Shown here in pieces: positions 56,493-64,000 of a stretch of 64,000 nucleotides of DNA. Position 1 is the stretch's first letter, and every line of letters starts with the position of its first letter. Source of the stretch: Blastocatellia bacterium (GTDB taxonomy: Bacteria; Acidobacteriota; Blastocatellia; UBA7656); assembly GCA_046565505.1 (NCBI GenBank), contig JBKHYJ010000061.1, positions 26,552-90,551 of the forward strand, in the 5' to 3' direction. The translations under genes and the position numbers were made by a program. Under the pieces are notes generated by a model that made no database searches, had not been told where the DNA came from, and saw only the letters and a list, made by a program, of their open reading frames with translations.

Positions 56493-57863
56493 TCAACTCT
56501 GACCGCCGCCGGGCCGCTTATCGCTGATGCCCAGGGCCTTCATCCTGCGATAAAGGTGTGAGCGGTCGATGCCCAGAGCCTCCGCCGTGCGCGTGATGTT
56601 GCCGTCGCACTCGGCGAGCTTTCGCATGATGTAGCTGCGCTCGTATGATTCGCGCCCTTCGCGGTACGAAGTGAAGTTGTAGCGCGCGGGCGCCTTCACC
56701 GCGTCGGGCGTCCCGAGCGGCGGCAGGTCTTCGGCGGCAATCCGCTCTCTCGCCGACATTATAACCACGCGCTCAATCGTGTTCCTGAGCTCGCGCACGT
56801 TGCCGGGCCAGTCGTAAGACCCTAAACGCTCGATGGCGTCATCAGTGAAAGACTTAGGCGCGCGGTTGTAATGGGCGGAGTATTTTCGATTGAAGTGATC
56901 TATCAGGAGGGGTATGTCTTCGCCGCGGTCGCGAAGCGGGGGCACCTCGAACGGTATGACGTTCAGGCGGTAGAAAAGGTCCGCGCGAAACGTGCCGCGC
57001 TCTATCCCTTCGTCGAGCCGCTTGTTAGTCGCCGCGATTATCCTCACGTCGACTTTAACGGGCGTGTTCGACCCGACGGGCTCGAACCGCTGCTCTTCCA
57101 AGACGCGCAAGACCTTGGCCTGCACCTTCAGGCTCATGTCGCTCACCTCATCAAGTAAGAGCGTGCCGGCGTCCGCCTGCTCGAACTTGCCGCGCTTGGC
57201 TTGCGTGGCGCCCGTGAACGCGCCTTTCGTGTGGCCGAACAATTCAGACTCGATCAGCTCTTCTGGAATGGCCGCGCAGTTTAGTTCGACGAACGGCATG
57301 GACGCGCGCGGGGAATGTTCATGGATGGCGCGCGCGACAAGCTCTTTGCCCGTACCCGACTCGCCATAGATGAGGATGCGCCCGCCCGTGGGCGCGGCTA
57401 TGGCTATCTGCTGGCGGAGCGCGCGCATGGGGACGCTCTCGCCTATCATCACGTAGTCGTCGAGCTGGTCGCGGAGTCGCTGGTTGTCCGCCTCTAGCTG
57501 CCGCTGCCGCAGGGCGTTGCGAATGGCGAGCACGGTGCGGTCGATCTGGAGCGGCTTTTCGATGAAGTCGAGCGCGCCTAGCCTCGTCGCGCGCACGGCG
57601 GTTTCAATGTTGCCGTGGCCGCTTATCATAATCACGGCCGTGTCGGGATAGGACGCCTTCAGCCGCTCAAGCGTTTCAATGCCATCCATCCCGGGCAGCC
57701 ACACGTCGAGCAAAACGCAACTGAACAGGCGGCGCTCGAATATTGCCATGCACTCCTCGCCGGACGCGGCCGTCTCTACCGACAGGCCCTCGTCTTCGAG
57801 CACGCCTGCGAGCGTCTGCCGTATTCCTTCTTCGTCGTCAACGACAAGCACGGAGTTGGGCAT
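56493..57863 (-). CDS. Sigma-54-dependent NtrC-family response regulator (REC-AAA+-HTH)
   Basis: REC domain (VLVVDDEEGIRQTL...LLDVWLPGMDG), Walker A GESGTGKE, the sigma-54 interaction region (GAFTGA) and a C-terminal Fis-type HTH. Confidence 0.9.
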   Translation of the reverse strand: MPNSVLVVDDEEGIRQTLAGVLEDEGLSVETAASGEECMAIFERRLFSCVLLDVWLPGMDGIETLERLKASYPDTAVIMISGHGNIETAVRATRLGALDFIEKPLQIDRTVLAIRNALRQRQLEADNQRLRDQLDDYVMIGESVPMRALRQQIAIAAPTGGRILIYGESGTGKELVARAIHEHSPRASMPFVELNCAAIPEELIESELFGHTKGAFTGATQAKRGKFEQADAGTLLLDEVSDMSLKVQAKVLRVLEEQRFEPVGSNTPVKVDVRIIAATNKRLDEGIERGTFRADLFYRLNVIPFEVPPLRDRGEDIPLLIDHFNRKYSAHYNRAPKSFTDDAIERLGSYDWPGNVRELRNTIERVVIMSARERIAAEDLPPLGTPDAVKAPARYNFTSYREGRESYERSYIMRKLAECDGNITRTAEALGIDRSHLYRRMKALGISDKRPGGGQS

Positions 57864-57987
57864 GGTCAGGGGCGGGCGATGAGCGGCGGGGAGTGAGTGA
57901 AAGAAGTTAAACGCGGCCCGCAGCCGCCGGACGCAAACCGCCGCATGCGGCCAACTGCCCGTTCTTCTCCCGCCGGCTCCTCAGCCC

Positions 57988-59304
57988 TCAGTCCTCGTTA
58001 CTCCTTTTGGGCGGCAGGCCGAGCAACGTCGCCTCGAACGGGTCCAGTTCGAGCCGCAGCATGCCGCCCGCGTTGGAAAAGATTTCTTGCTGTTGCTTGC
58101 GCCGCTTCAAAAATATCGCCGTCCCGACGGCCCCCCCGCCTACCAGGACTGTCAGTATCAGCAACCCCAGCAGCGTAAAGGTCGATAACAACATCTGTGC
58201 CGCTTTCTGCATGCGGAACGGGTCGTTGCTCGGGAGTCGCGGGTCGCGCAGCCACTTCACGCCGTAGGGGTATTTGACCGCCTCTACTAGCGCCTGGGAG
58301 GTCGGGCGCTCGTAAACGTTCAGGGCCTCGACTATATAATTGCCTTCGCGCTTTACGATCATGCGGGCACGCTCGTCTTCCGGCAGCGTCGCGATGTATT
58401 CGTTGACGCGGGCCATCGCGTCATAAGCAAACTGAGGCGTGTGGTACTCGACGATGACCAGTTTCAAAGGCGGTCGCTCGTCCTGAGCCTGCGGGCCGGC
58501 CTGGCCGCGCGTCGAGGCGGCGGGCCCGCCCTGGGCGTCCGCGGCAGGGCTGCCGGCCTTCCCCTCCTCCGCGCCGCCGAGGTATTCCGCCATCACGGCT
58601 TCCGCGTCGCCCGCGAATCCGAACATCTCGGCGCCCCGCGCGACATGGGTGTTGAGCGATTCAGGCCCGAGGAAGTAACGCCGGCTGCCGGCGATTATCG
58701 AATCGGCCGGGAGGCTTTCAAGCAGCGGCGGCAGAGGGGCGTCTGCGCCGCCTGGGCCGATCTCGGCCGCGACCGCGCGCGCGAGCGCGACGAGGGGGGC
58801 CTCGCCGGCTCCAGCCTTTTGCCGGTTCGCGTCCGCCACGCGCACGAAATAATTATCTTTCCAGAAGATCAGCCCGCCATCTATCCGCGACGCCCCCGAG
58901 CCGACCGCTTCCGACACGGCTTTACCGCGCGCGGGGCCGGCGTTATAGGTGAACAATCCGAATGCGGCGAACGGGTTCGCCGTTTCAAAAATATCGACGC
59001 GAGCCTCCGCGTACTGGCGCGACACGGCCCCCGTGACGAGGTACTCCTGGTAGACTGCCGGCTTGTCCGCCACTAACTCGGCGAGTTTGTCGCCGGCGTA
59101 CTGCCTGACAGCGCCCGCCGAGTTCTTGCCCGCCAGCTTATCCGGCAGAAGCTCCGCAAGCGCGCGCGCGGCGGCCCCCCCTACCGCAAGCGGAGCGGGC
59201 GAGGCGTCCCCGGCCTGCGAGGGCTGCTGAGCCTTGATGACAAACGGGGCCGCGAGCAGCAACACAACCGCTACGATGAATAAAGACTCTTTTCTAAACC
59301 GCAT
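57988..59304 (-). CDS. Hypothetical bitopic protein (N-terminal signal peptide, C-terminal TM anchor)
   Basis: MRFRKESLFIVAVVLLLAAPFVIKAQQ chosen as the start (ATG at 59304). C-terminal helix LLSTFTLLGLLILTVLVGGGAVGTAIFL followed by KRRKQQQ. Confidence 0.5.
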   Translation of the reverse strand: MRFRKESLFIVAVVLLLAAPFVIKAQQPSQAGDASPAPLAVGGAAARALAELLPDKLAGKNSAGAVRQYAGDKLAELVADKPAVYQEYLVTGAVSRQYAEARVDIFETANPFAAFGLFTYNAGPARGKAVSEAVGSGASRIDGGLIFWKDNYFVRVADANRQKAGAGEAPLVALARAVAAEIGPGGADAPLPPLLESLPADSIIAGSRRYFLGPESLNTHVARGAEMFGFAGDAEAVMAEYLGGAEEGKAGSPAADAQGGPAASTRGQAGPQAQDERPPLKLVIVEYHTPQFAYDAMARVNEYIATLPEDERARMIVKREGNYIVEALNVYERPTSQALVEAVKYPYGVKWLRDPRLPSNDPFRMQKAAQMLLSTFTLLGLLILTVLVGGGAVGTAIFLKRRKQQQEIFSNAGGMLRLELDPFEATLLGLPPKRSNED

Positions 59305-59378
59305 ATTTAGTACTGCGCCTTTTTGATTCCGGTCTGAAATTTTCAGCCACGCCTTAATTAGACTCCCTGTCACTCGCA

Positions 59379-60053
59379 TTAGTTCCGGCGGCGAAGCTCA
59401 CCCAGAATTATATTAGCGTAGCGGTCAGGATGGTGTATGTCATCCAGGACTATCTTGCCCTGTTCGGACGCGCTCTCTATCTCGATGTCGCCTATCTTGA
59501 TAAGGCGCTGCCACAGGGACGCCGTGACTGTGACATCTTGAATGTTGCGGAGCGGTATGTTGCGCACGGTCTTCGAGAAGAACCCGTAGCGCATTTCCAG
59601 CTTATGATTCGTAAGGGTGTAGACTTCGCGCCGCCTCAGAATGTGCTTGTAAACGGGATTGACGAACGCGACGAGCCCCGTGCCGAGTATCACCAGGAAG
59701 GCCACCCAGCCGCTTATCTGGCTTTTCCATATGCTGCTCATCACGCCCATCAACGCGGCCGCGGCCAGGACTATGAGCGTAGCCACGCTGTAGCGCACGA
59801 AGACGAAGATCAGCGTCGGGCGCAGCGTGAAGATCACATTCTCATCGGCCGGGTAGACCGCGCCGCCGCGCACGTCATCGCGCAACCCCCTCTGCACGTC
59901 GCGGCCCTGGGGGGCGGGCGCGCGCCGGGTCGCAGTGTTCATTTGCGGATGCGGGTCCGCCGGGTCTGAACCGCCCGCGGCGACCGACGAGCCGCAGTGA
60001 TTACAGAAGCGGCTCGTCAGAGGGATCTCCTGCCCGCACTGATTGCAATACAT
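59379..60053 (-). CDS. Zinc-ribbon plus membrane bPH (YdbT/DUF304-like) domain protein
   Basis: N-terminal MYCNQCGQEIPLTSRFCNHCG (CxxC...CxxC). Two TM helices, then a PH-like YTLTNHKLEMRYGFFSKTVRNIPLRNIQDVTV. Confidence 0.55.
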   Translation of the reverse strand: MYCNQCGQEIPLTSRFCNHCGSSVAAGGSDPADPHPQMNTATRRAPAPQGRDVQRGLRDDVRGGAVYPADENVIFTLRPTLIFVFVRYSVATLIVLAAAALMGVMSSIWKSQISGWVAFLVILGTGLVAFVNPVYKHILRRREVYTLTNHKLEMRYGFFSKTVRNIPLRNIQDVTVTASLWQRLIKIGDIEIESASEQGKIVLDDIHHPDRYANIILGELRRRN

Positions 60054-60288
60054 AATCTTCACCTTCGGGCTCCGCCCATTCAGGGCCGCGTGGCGGCTCC
60101 CCGGCCGGCCCACGCGCCGCCCGCTTCAACCGCAAGCCCGGTAAAATTTTATCACACGAGCAGCCCGCGAGATAAGAAGCAGCCGCAGGCTAACTCTCCC
60201 GCGATGGGGGCCGCCGCGGGCGAAACAACTCCTCGGCTGTTGCGTATCATCTTATAATGAGAGCAGCCCCGCGAAAGAGGTAAGGGGT

Positions 60289-61296
60289 ATGAACGACGGG
60301 AAGGTTGACAACGAAAGAATTCTGGCCCCGCAGCCCGCGCCGGACGGCGGCCTTTCGACTGCGCGCGCAAGGAGCTGGCTGCGCGTGGCCTCGCTGTTCG
60401 CGCTCGGCACGGCCGGTTCGCTTACGCTCGCGATTGGGGCGGCGAGTTATCCGCTGTCGGGGTTGCTTATTCGGCCCCGACTGAAGCGCCTCTCCCAGCT
60501 AAAAAGCCCGCACCTCAGACACCTGATTCGCCGCAAAGGCATTGAGTTTGAAGACATCACAGTCCGGTCATTTGACGGCACGCGGCTGTATGGGTGGTGG
60601 ATGCCCGCGGCGGGCGAAGCGCCTACGGTCGTCGTGCTTCATGGCGTGAAGAAGAATCGCACGGACGTCTTGCGGGCCGCGCTCATGCTGAGCAACGCGG
60701 GCTTCAACGTGCTCGTCTTCGATGGCCGCGGGCATGGCAACAGCGAGGGCCGTTACGTGACTTACGGCTTCTACGAGCGGCGCGACGTTGAGGCGGCTAT
60801 AGAATGGCTCGTGGCCGAAAAGAAGATTGACAGGGGCCGCGTGGGCGTCGCGGGCGAATCGATGGGCGCGGCCATCGCGCTACAGGTCGCCGCGCACAAC
60901 CCCTGGGTAAGGGCCGTCTGGGCCGACAGCCCATTCGCGTCTTTGCGCCGCGTGGCCGAAGAATTCGTCCGCCGCGTCACACGGCTGCCGGGTGCGGTAC
61001 TGAATCCCGTACTGTGGACGACGCTTCAGGTCGCTAATTACCGCGGCAAATTCGACATTAAGACCGTCGACCCGCAGACGCTGGCCGCGCAGATAAAGTG
61101 CCCCGTTTTTCTCGTGCACGGGGACGCGGATCAGTTAATATCGACCGCACATTCCGAGAACATTTATGACGCACTGGGCGGCGAGAAACACCTGTGGATT
61201 GTGGAAGGCGCGCGCCACGCCCGCTCGGTCCGTCATGCCAAGCGCGAGTACAGCGAGCGGCTCATACGCTTCTTCAACGAAAGGCTCAAGGGGTAA
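60289..61296 (+). CDS. Alpha/beta hydrolase
   Basis: Nucleophile elbow GESMG, HGVKKNRTD, and a catalytic His near the C-terminus (GARHARS). AAGGGG lies upstream of the ATG. Confidence 0.75.
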   Translation: MNDGKVDNERILAPQPAPDGGLSTARARSWLRVASLFALGTAGSLTLAIGAASYPLSGLLIRPRLKRLSQLKSPHLRHLIRRKGIEFEDITVRSFDGTRLYGWWMPAAGEAPTVVVLHGVKKNRTDVLRAALMLSNAGFNVLVFDGRGHGNSEGRYVTYGFYERRDVEAAIEWLVAEKKIDRGRVGVAGESMGAAIALQVAAHNPWVRAVWADSPFASLRRVAEEFVRRVTRLPGAVLNPVLWTTLQVANYRGKFDIKTVDPQTLAAQIKCPVFLVHGDADQLISTAHSENIYDALGGEKHLWIVEGARHARSVRHAKREYSERLIRFFNERLKG

Positions 61297-61528
61297 TCGT
61301 CGGCCGTAAGCGGCGTAGCTTTCGCGGCGACCGGGCCGACCGAGCGAGAGCGGACCAATCATACGAGGCGCGCTTACGCGTGCCCCGTCTCTTCCGCAGC
61401 CAAACAGCTTCGCCTAACGTAGTTGCTCCGTTTTGACCTGTTCGGATGAGCCGGCCGTAAGAAAACGCCCGGCGGGTCGCCTGGAAGTGCCGGCACTTAA
61501 CTTATGTCTGAATATCGGCGGCCGCTTC

Positions 61529-62626
61529 TCATTGATGTACCAGGAAAACATCCCAGGCCCACCGGCCGGCGTGCGCGCCTTTCGCGTCATAAACTTTGGC
61601 CCGATATCTGAAGCCGTTTCCGTACTGGTCAGTCCGCTTTGACTCTTCGTATTTGAGGTCTATGCCGGTCACGCCGAGCGCCGGCAGCGTGAACGTCTCG
61701 CCGGGGTCTGAAAAACCATTATGGTTCTGATCTTTCCATAAACGGAGGGAAGAAAAGATTGCGTCTTTGCTGTCTACTCTCTCATCAAGGTTGCCGCCGT
61801 TCTCCGGCCTGTCATATTCGGCCAGCGCCTTGAAGCCATTCGCAGACATTGAGTAAGCCTGCGGGGTGAGGGTCCCGAATAACTCCGTCGCGTCGTCTAT
61901 AATGCCATTCGCATTGCGGTCTAAAACAAGCCAGGCGTCATCAGAGTTAGCAGAGGTCCAGGATATCCTCATCCTAGTGCCGCTCGCCGTAATGTCGAAG
62001 TTCACTCCGTTCTGCGCATCAGTTAAATCAAACCCATCGCCCGACGTGTCTATAACGATAGGTGATATGCAACGATTTGCCCAGCAGATCTGTTGATCGG
62101 AGCAGGTGTCGCAAGCGGCTACGGGGTCAGTCACGGTCAGGGTAAGATTGCTTATTTGTGCGGGAGTACCCAGCGTCGCTCCGGTAGGCGAGGAGAGAGT
62201 CACACGGCTTGTGATCGACCCACCAGTCGAGTTAGTGTTGGTAGTTTTGAACTTGAAAGTTACGGTCGTACTTTGACCTCCGCCTGGCAAATTAATCGTT
62301 TGGGAGCGGGTTAACGTACCGCTGGGGTCGGCAACAGTATATGCTACGCCGCTGAAATTAGTGTCCTCGGTTACTGTAACCGTTGCCGATGCCCCACTCG
62401 TGTCTACAGAGGTCGCGATACCGATGTTTAAATTGGAAGCTTGCCCTTGCGCTCCAATAGAAGTAGGCGTAAAGGATGCGCCACCTAGCCAGACTGTGCC
62501 GGCAAGAGGTCTAATAATTGAAGCAGAAGTCGATGCTATGGGACTATCTATATCTGAAACGGGAATGAGGGCGGCACTGCACAGGAAAATAACGCTTCCG
62601 ATTGTCAGCAATATACGCCCCGACAT
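61529..62626 (-). CDS. Hypothetical secreted Thr/Ser-rich beta protein
   Basis: Signal peptide MSGRILLTIGSVIFLCSAALIP with AAGGGGGG upstream of the ATG at 62626. The N-terminal half is T/S-rich repeats. The C-terminal half carries D-rich segments (DTSGDGFDLTD) that may bind calcium. Confidence 0.45.
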   Translation of the reverse strand: MSGRILLTIGSVIFLCSAALIPVSDIDSPIASTSASIIRPLAGTVWLGGASFTPTSIGAQGQASNLNIGIATSVDTSGASATVTVTEDTNFSGVAYTVADPSGTLTRSQTINLPGGGQSTTVTFKFKTTNTNSTGGSITSRVTLSSPTGATLGTPAQISNLTLTVTDPVAACDTCSDQQICWANRCISPIVIDTSGDGFDLTDAQNGVNFDITASGTRMRISWTSANSDDAWLVLDRNANGIIDDATELFGTLTPQAYSMSANGFKALAEYDRPENGGNLDERVDSKDAIFSSLRLWKDQNHNGFSDPGETFTLPALGVTGIDLKYEESKRTDQYGNGFRYRAKVYDAKGAHAGRWAWDVFLVHQ

Positions 62627-63189
62627 AAAGCCCCCCTTAAGTGTAAATTTTTGCGACCATAATAACGCAACGTTTATATCATTTACTCGATGGGCGGTCA
62701 AGAAAATAGTCCTGCCCTTAGACAAGGGTATGGTTTAGCTCTCCTCATCAGCGGGCGCGTCGAAAACTTCGAAGTGCTGTGTGATACTCGCTCCGCGCAC
62801 TCAGCGGGCTGTACTCATCAGATGGCGTCAGGCTATAGGCATAGGCGCGTCTGCGGCGCGCGCAATGACTGTTCGACCAGGAAGGGCCGGGTCAGTTGGC
62901 CGGTGTTACTGACCTTTGAAGGCTATGAATTCTAACACATGACTCTAGAGGCTCGACCCGCTGAACACCTACCACTGCCGCATGAGGATAGATTTCAACT
63001 TTACGGATCGGACGCGAGTATTCTACCTTAATTTCATTAAAGCTCATGAGAAGCTATTCAATATGGCGTATGAAGTGGGGGAGGGTGATTACATTAATGG
63101 GCCTACGCGCTGACCGCGGCGCGGCCGTTGACGGCATTGCTCGCGTCGGGTCTGGGCCTGAATTCAATTGACACACCCGGAGGGTACTC

Positions 63190-64000
63190 GTGAATAAGCG
63201 TAAGAACTTTGCTCTGACTATACTTCTATTACTCTCGCTCGGCTCTCGCGCCGTGACTCAACAGCCGACCGACCTTCAGCAGACGGCCGCTCACATGGCT
63301 GGTTCGATACTCGTCAATGGCCGCTCGATGGACTACTTGCAGAATCTAACTGATAGATTCGGAGGCAGGTTGACGGGCTCTACCGCCTACCAGCGTTCCG
63401 CCGAATGGGCCGCAGAAGAGTTCCGCTCTATGGGCATCAAGGGCGTAAGGCTGGAAGCATTCACAATCCCTAATGGGTGGGAAAGGGGCCAGGCGCGCGG
63501 CCGCATGGTGTCGCCCCTTGATCGGGCCATACATATCGAATCGCTCGGCTGGGCCCCTTCCACGCCGGCCGGCGGCGTCAGGGGGGAGGTGGTGCTAATC
63601 GGAGACATTGACCCCGAAAAAATCAAGGCGCAGGGCGACAAGATTAAAGGCAGAGTTCTTATGCTCGACCTTAACGCGATCTTTGCCGCCGGGCTCAGCG
63701 GCTTCGGGCGGCTGATGGCTTCTTTTCAGCGATTCAAAGACGCGGGCGCGGCAGCGGTCATCGTGGCCGACAGCGAGCGCAATAACGTGCTTAACGCTTT
63801 CGGCTTCACATGGGGCGGCACGCTAAGCCCGTTACCTATCGCGCAAGTCGGCATGGAAGACGGAAAGCTGATCGGGCGGTTGATGGAGAAAGGGCCCGTG
63901 ACCGTCGAATTCCAGTATGAGAATAAAGTGACCGGCCCCTTGCAGGTTAATAACGTCATAGCGGAGATCCCGGGCGCGGAGAAACCTGACGAGTGGGTCA
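63190..64000 (+). CDS. M28-family peptidase with PA domain (partial, runs off the window)
   Basis: GTG start 7 nt after GGAGG. Signal peptide. NGRSMDYLQNLTDRFGGRLTGS and a PA-domain-like KGRVLMLD are typical of secreted M28 aminopeptidases. Open to the end of the window. Confidence 0.65.
   Translation, partial: MNKRKNFALTILLLLSLGSRAVTQQPTDLQQTAAHMAGSILVNGRSMDYLQNLTDRFGGRLTGSTAYQRSAEWAAEEFRSMGIKGVRLEAFTIPNGWERGQARGRMVSPLDRAIHIESLGWAPSTPAGGVRGEVVLIGDIDPEKIKAQGDKIKGRVLMLDLNAIFAAGLSGFGRLMASFQRFKDAGAAAVIVADSERNNVLNAFGFTWGGTLSPLPIAQVGMEDGKLIGRLMEKGPVTVEFQYENKVTGPLQVNNVIAEIPGAEKPDEWV

Noticed and set aside
60253-60258. TATAAT hexamer just upstream of the alpha/beta hydrolase gene
   Set aside because: No acceptable -35 or TG extension at the right spacing. 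It sits only 30 nt from the ATG, overlapping the RBS region.
63168-63173. TTGACA hexamer upstream of the M28 peptidase gene
   Set aside because: It lies 17 nt from the GTG start codon, so a -10 element would fall inside the coding sequence. More likely it is a chance match within the RBS region.

Overview
The window is a gene-dense, roughly 65% GC chromosomal segment that looks acidobacterial. The taxonomic hints are an 821-aa duplicated orphan FtsX/MacB-type permease (ADOP family), Ser/Thr kinases fused to TPR arrays, and many secreted peptidases. About 45 protein genes are supportable. The main groups are: (1) a dTMP/nucleotide cluster, thyA-[inserted gene]-folA-dut followed by a thioredoxin-reductase-like flavoprotein and a convergent dGTPase-like HD phosphohydrolase; (2) a homospermidine/putrescine operon on the minus strand, speA, a deoxyhypusine-synthase-like gene, then speB; (3) a fused Kgd/OdhA-type 2-oxoglutarate dehydrogenase of 1276 aa; (4) two tandem S8 subtilisin paralogs plus S41, M36 and M28 peptidases and a metallo-beta-lactamase-fold hydrolase; (5) regulators, namely a LytS/LytTR pair, a sigma-54 NtrC-like activator and an orphan REC-PAS regulator; (6) housekeeping rnc-lepB and a PpiD-like chaperone. 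Three AT-rich, poorly coding islands stand out against this background, at 7.9-8.4 kb, 37.45-38.75 kb and 55.0-56.5 kb. The middle island carries two tandem, paralogous, strongly Shine-Dalgarno-preceded micro-ORFs of 38 and 28 codons. The first is built on a 36-bp tandem repeat. Both are preceded by three GCTACACA direct repeats and followed by a terminator, an MFS transporter and the ADOP permease. I rate this as the best candidate for an undescribed peptide-based system (precursor, exported peptide or leader-peptide regulator). The 55-56.5 kb island contains a family of three related long palindromes. No rRNA, tRNA, CRISPR array or transposase was recognised.
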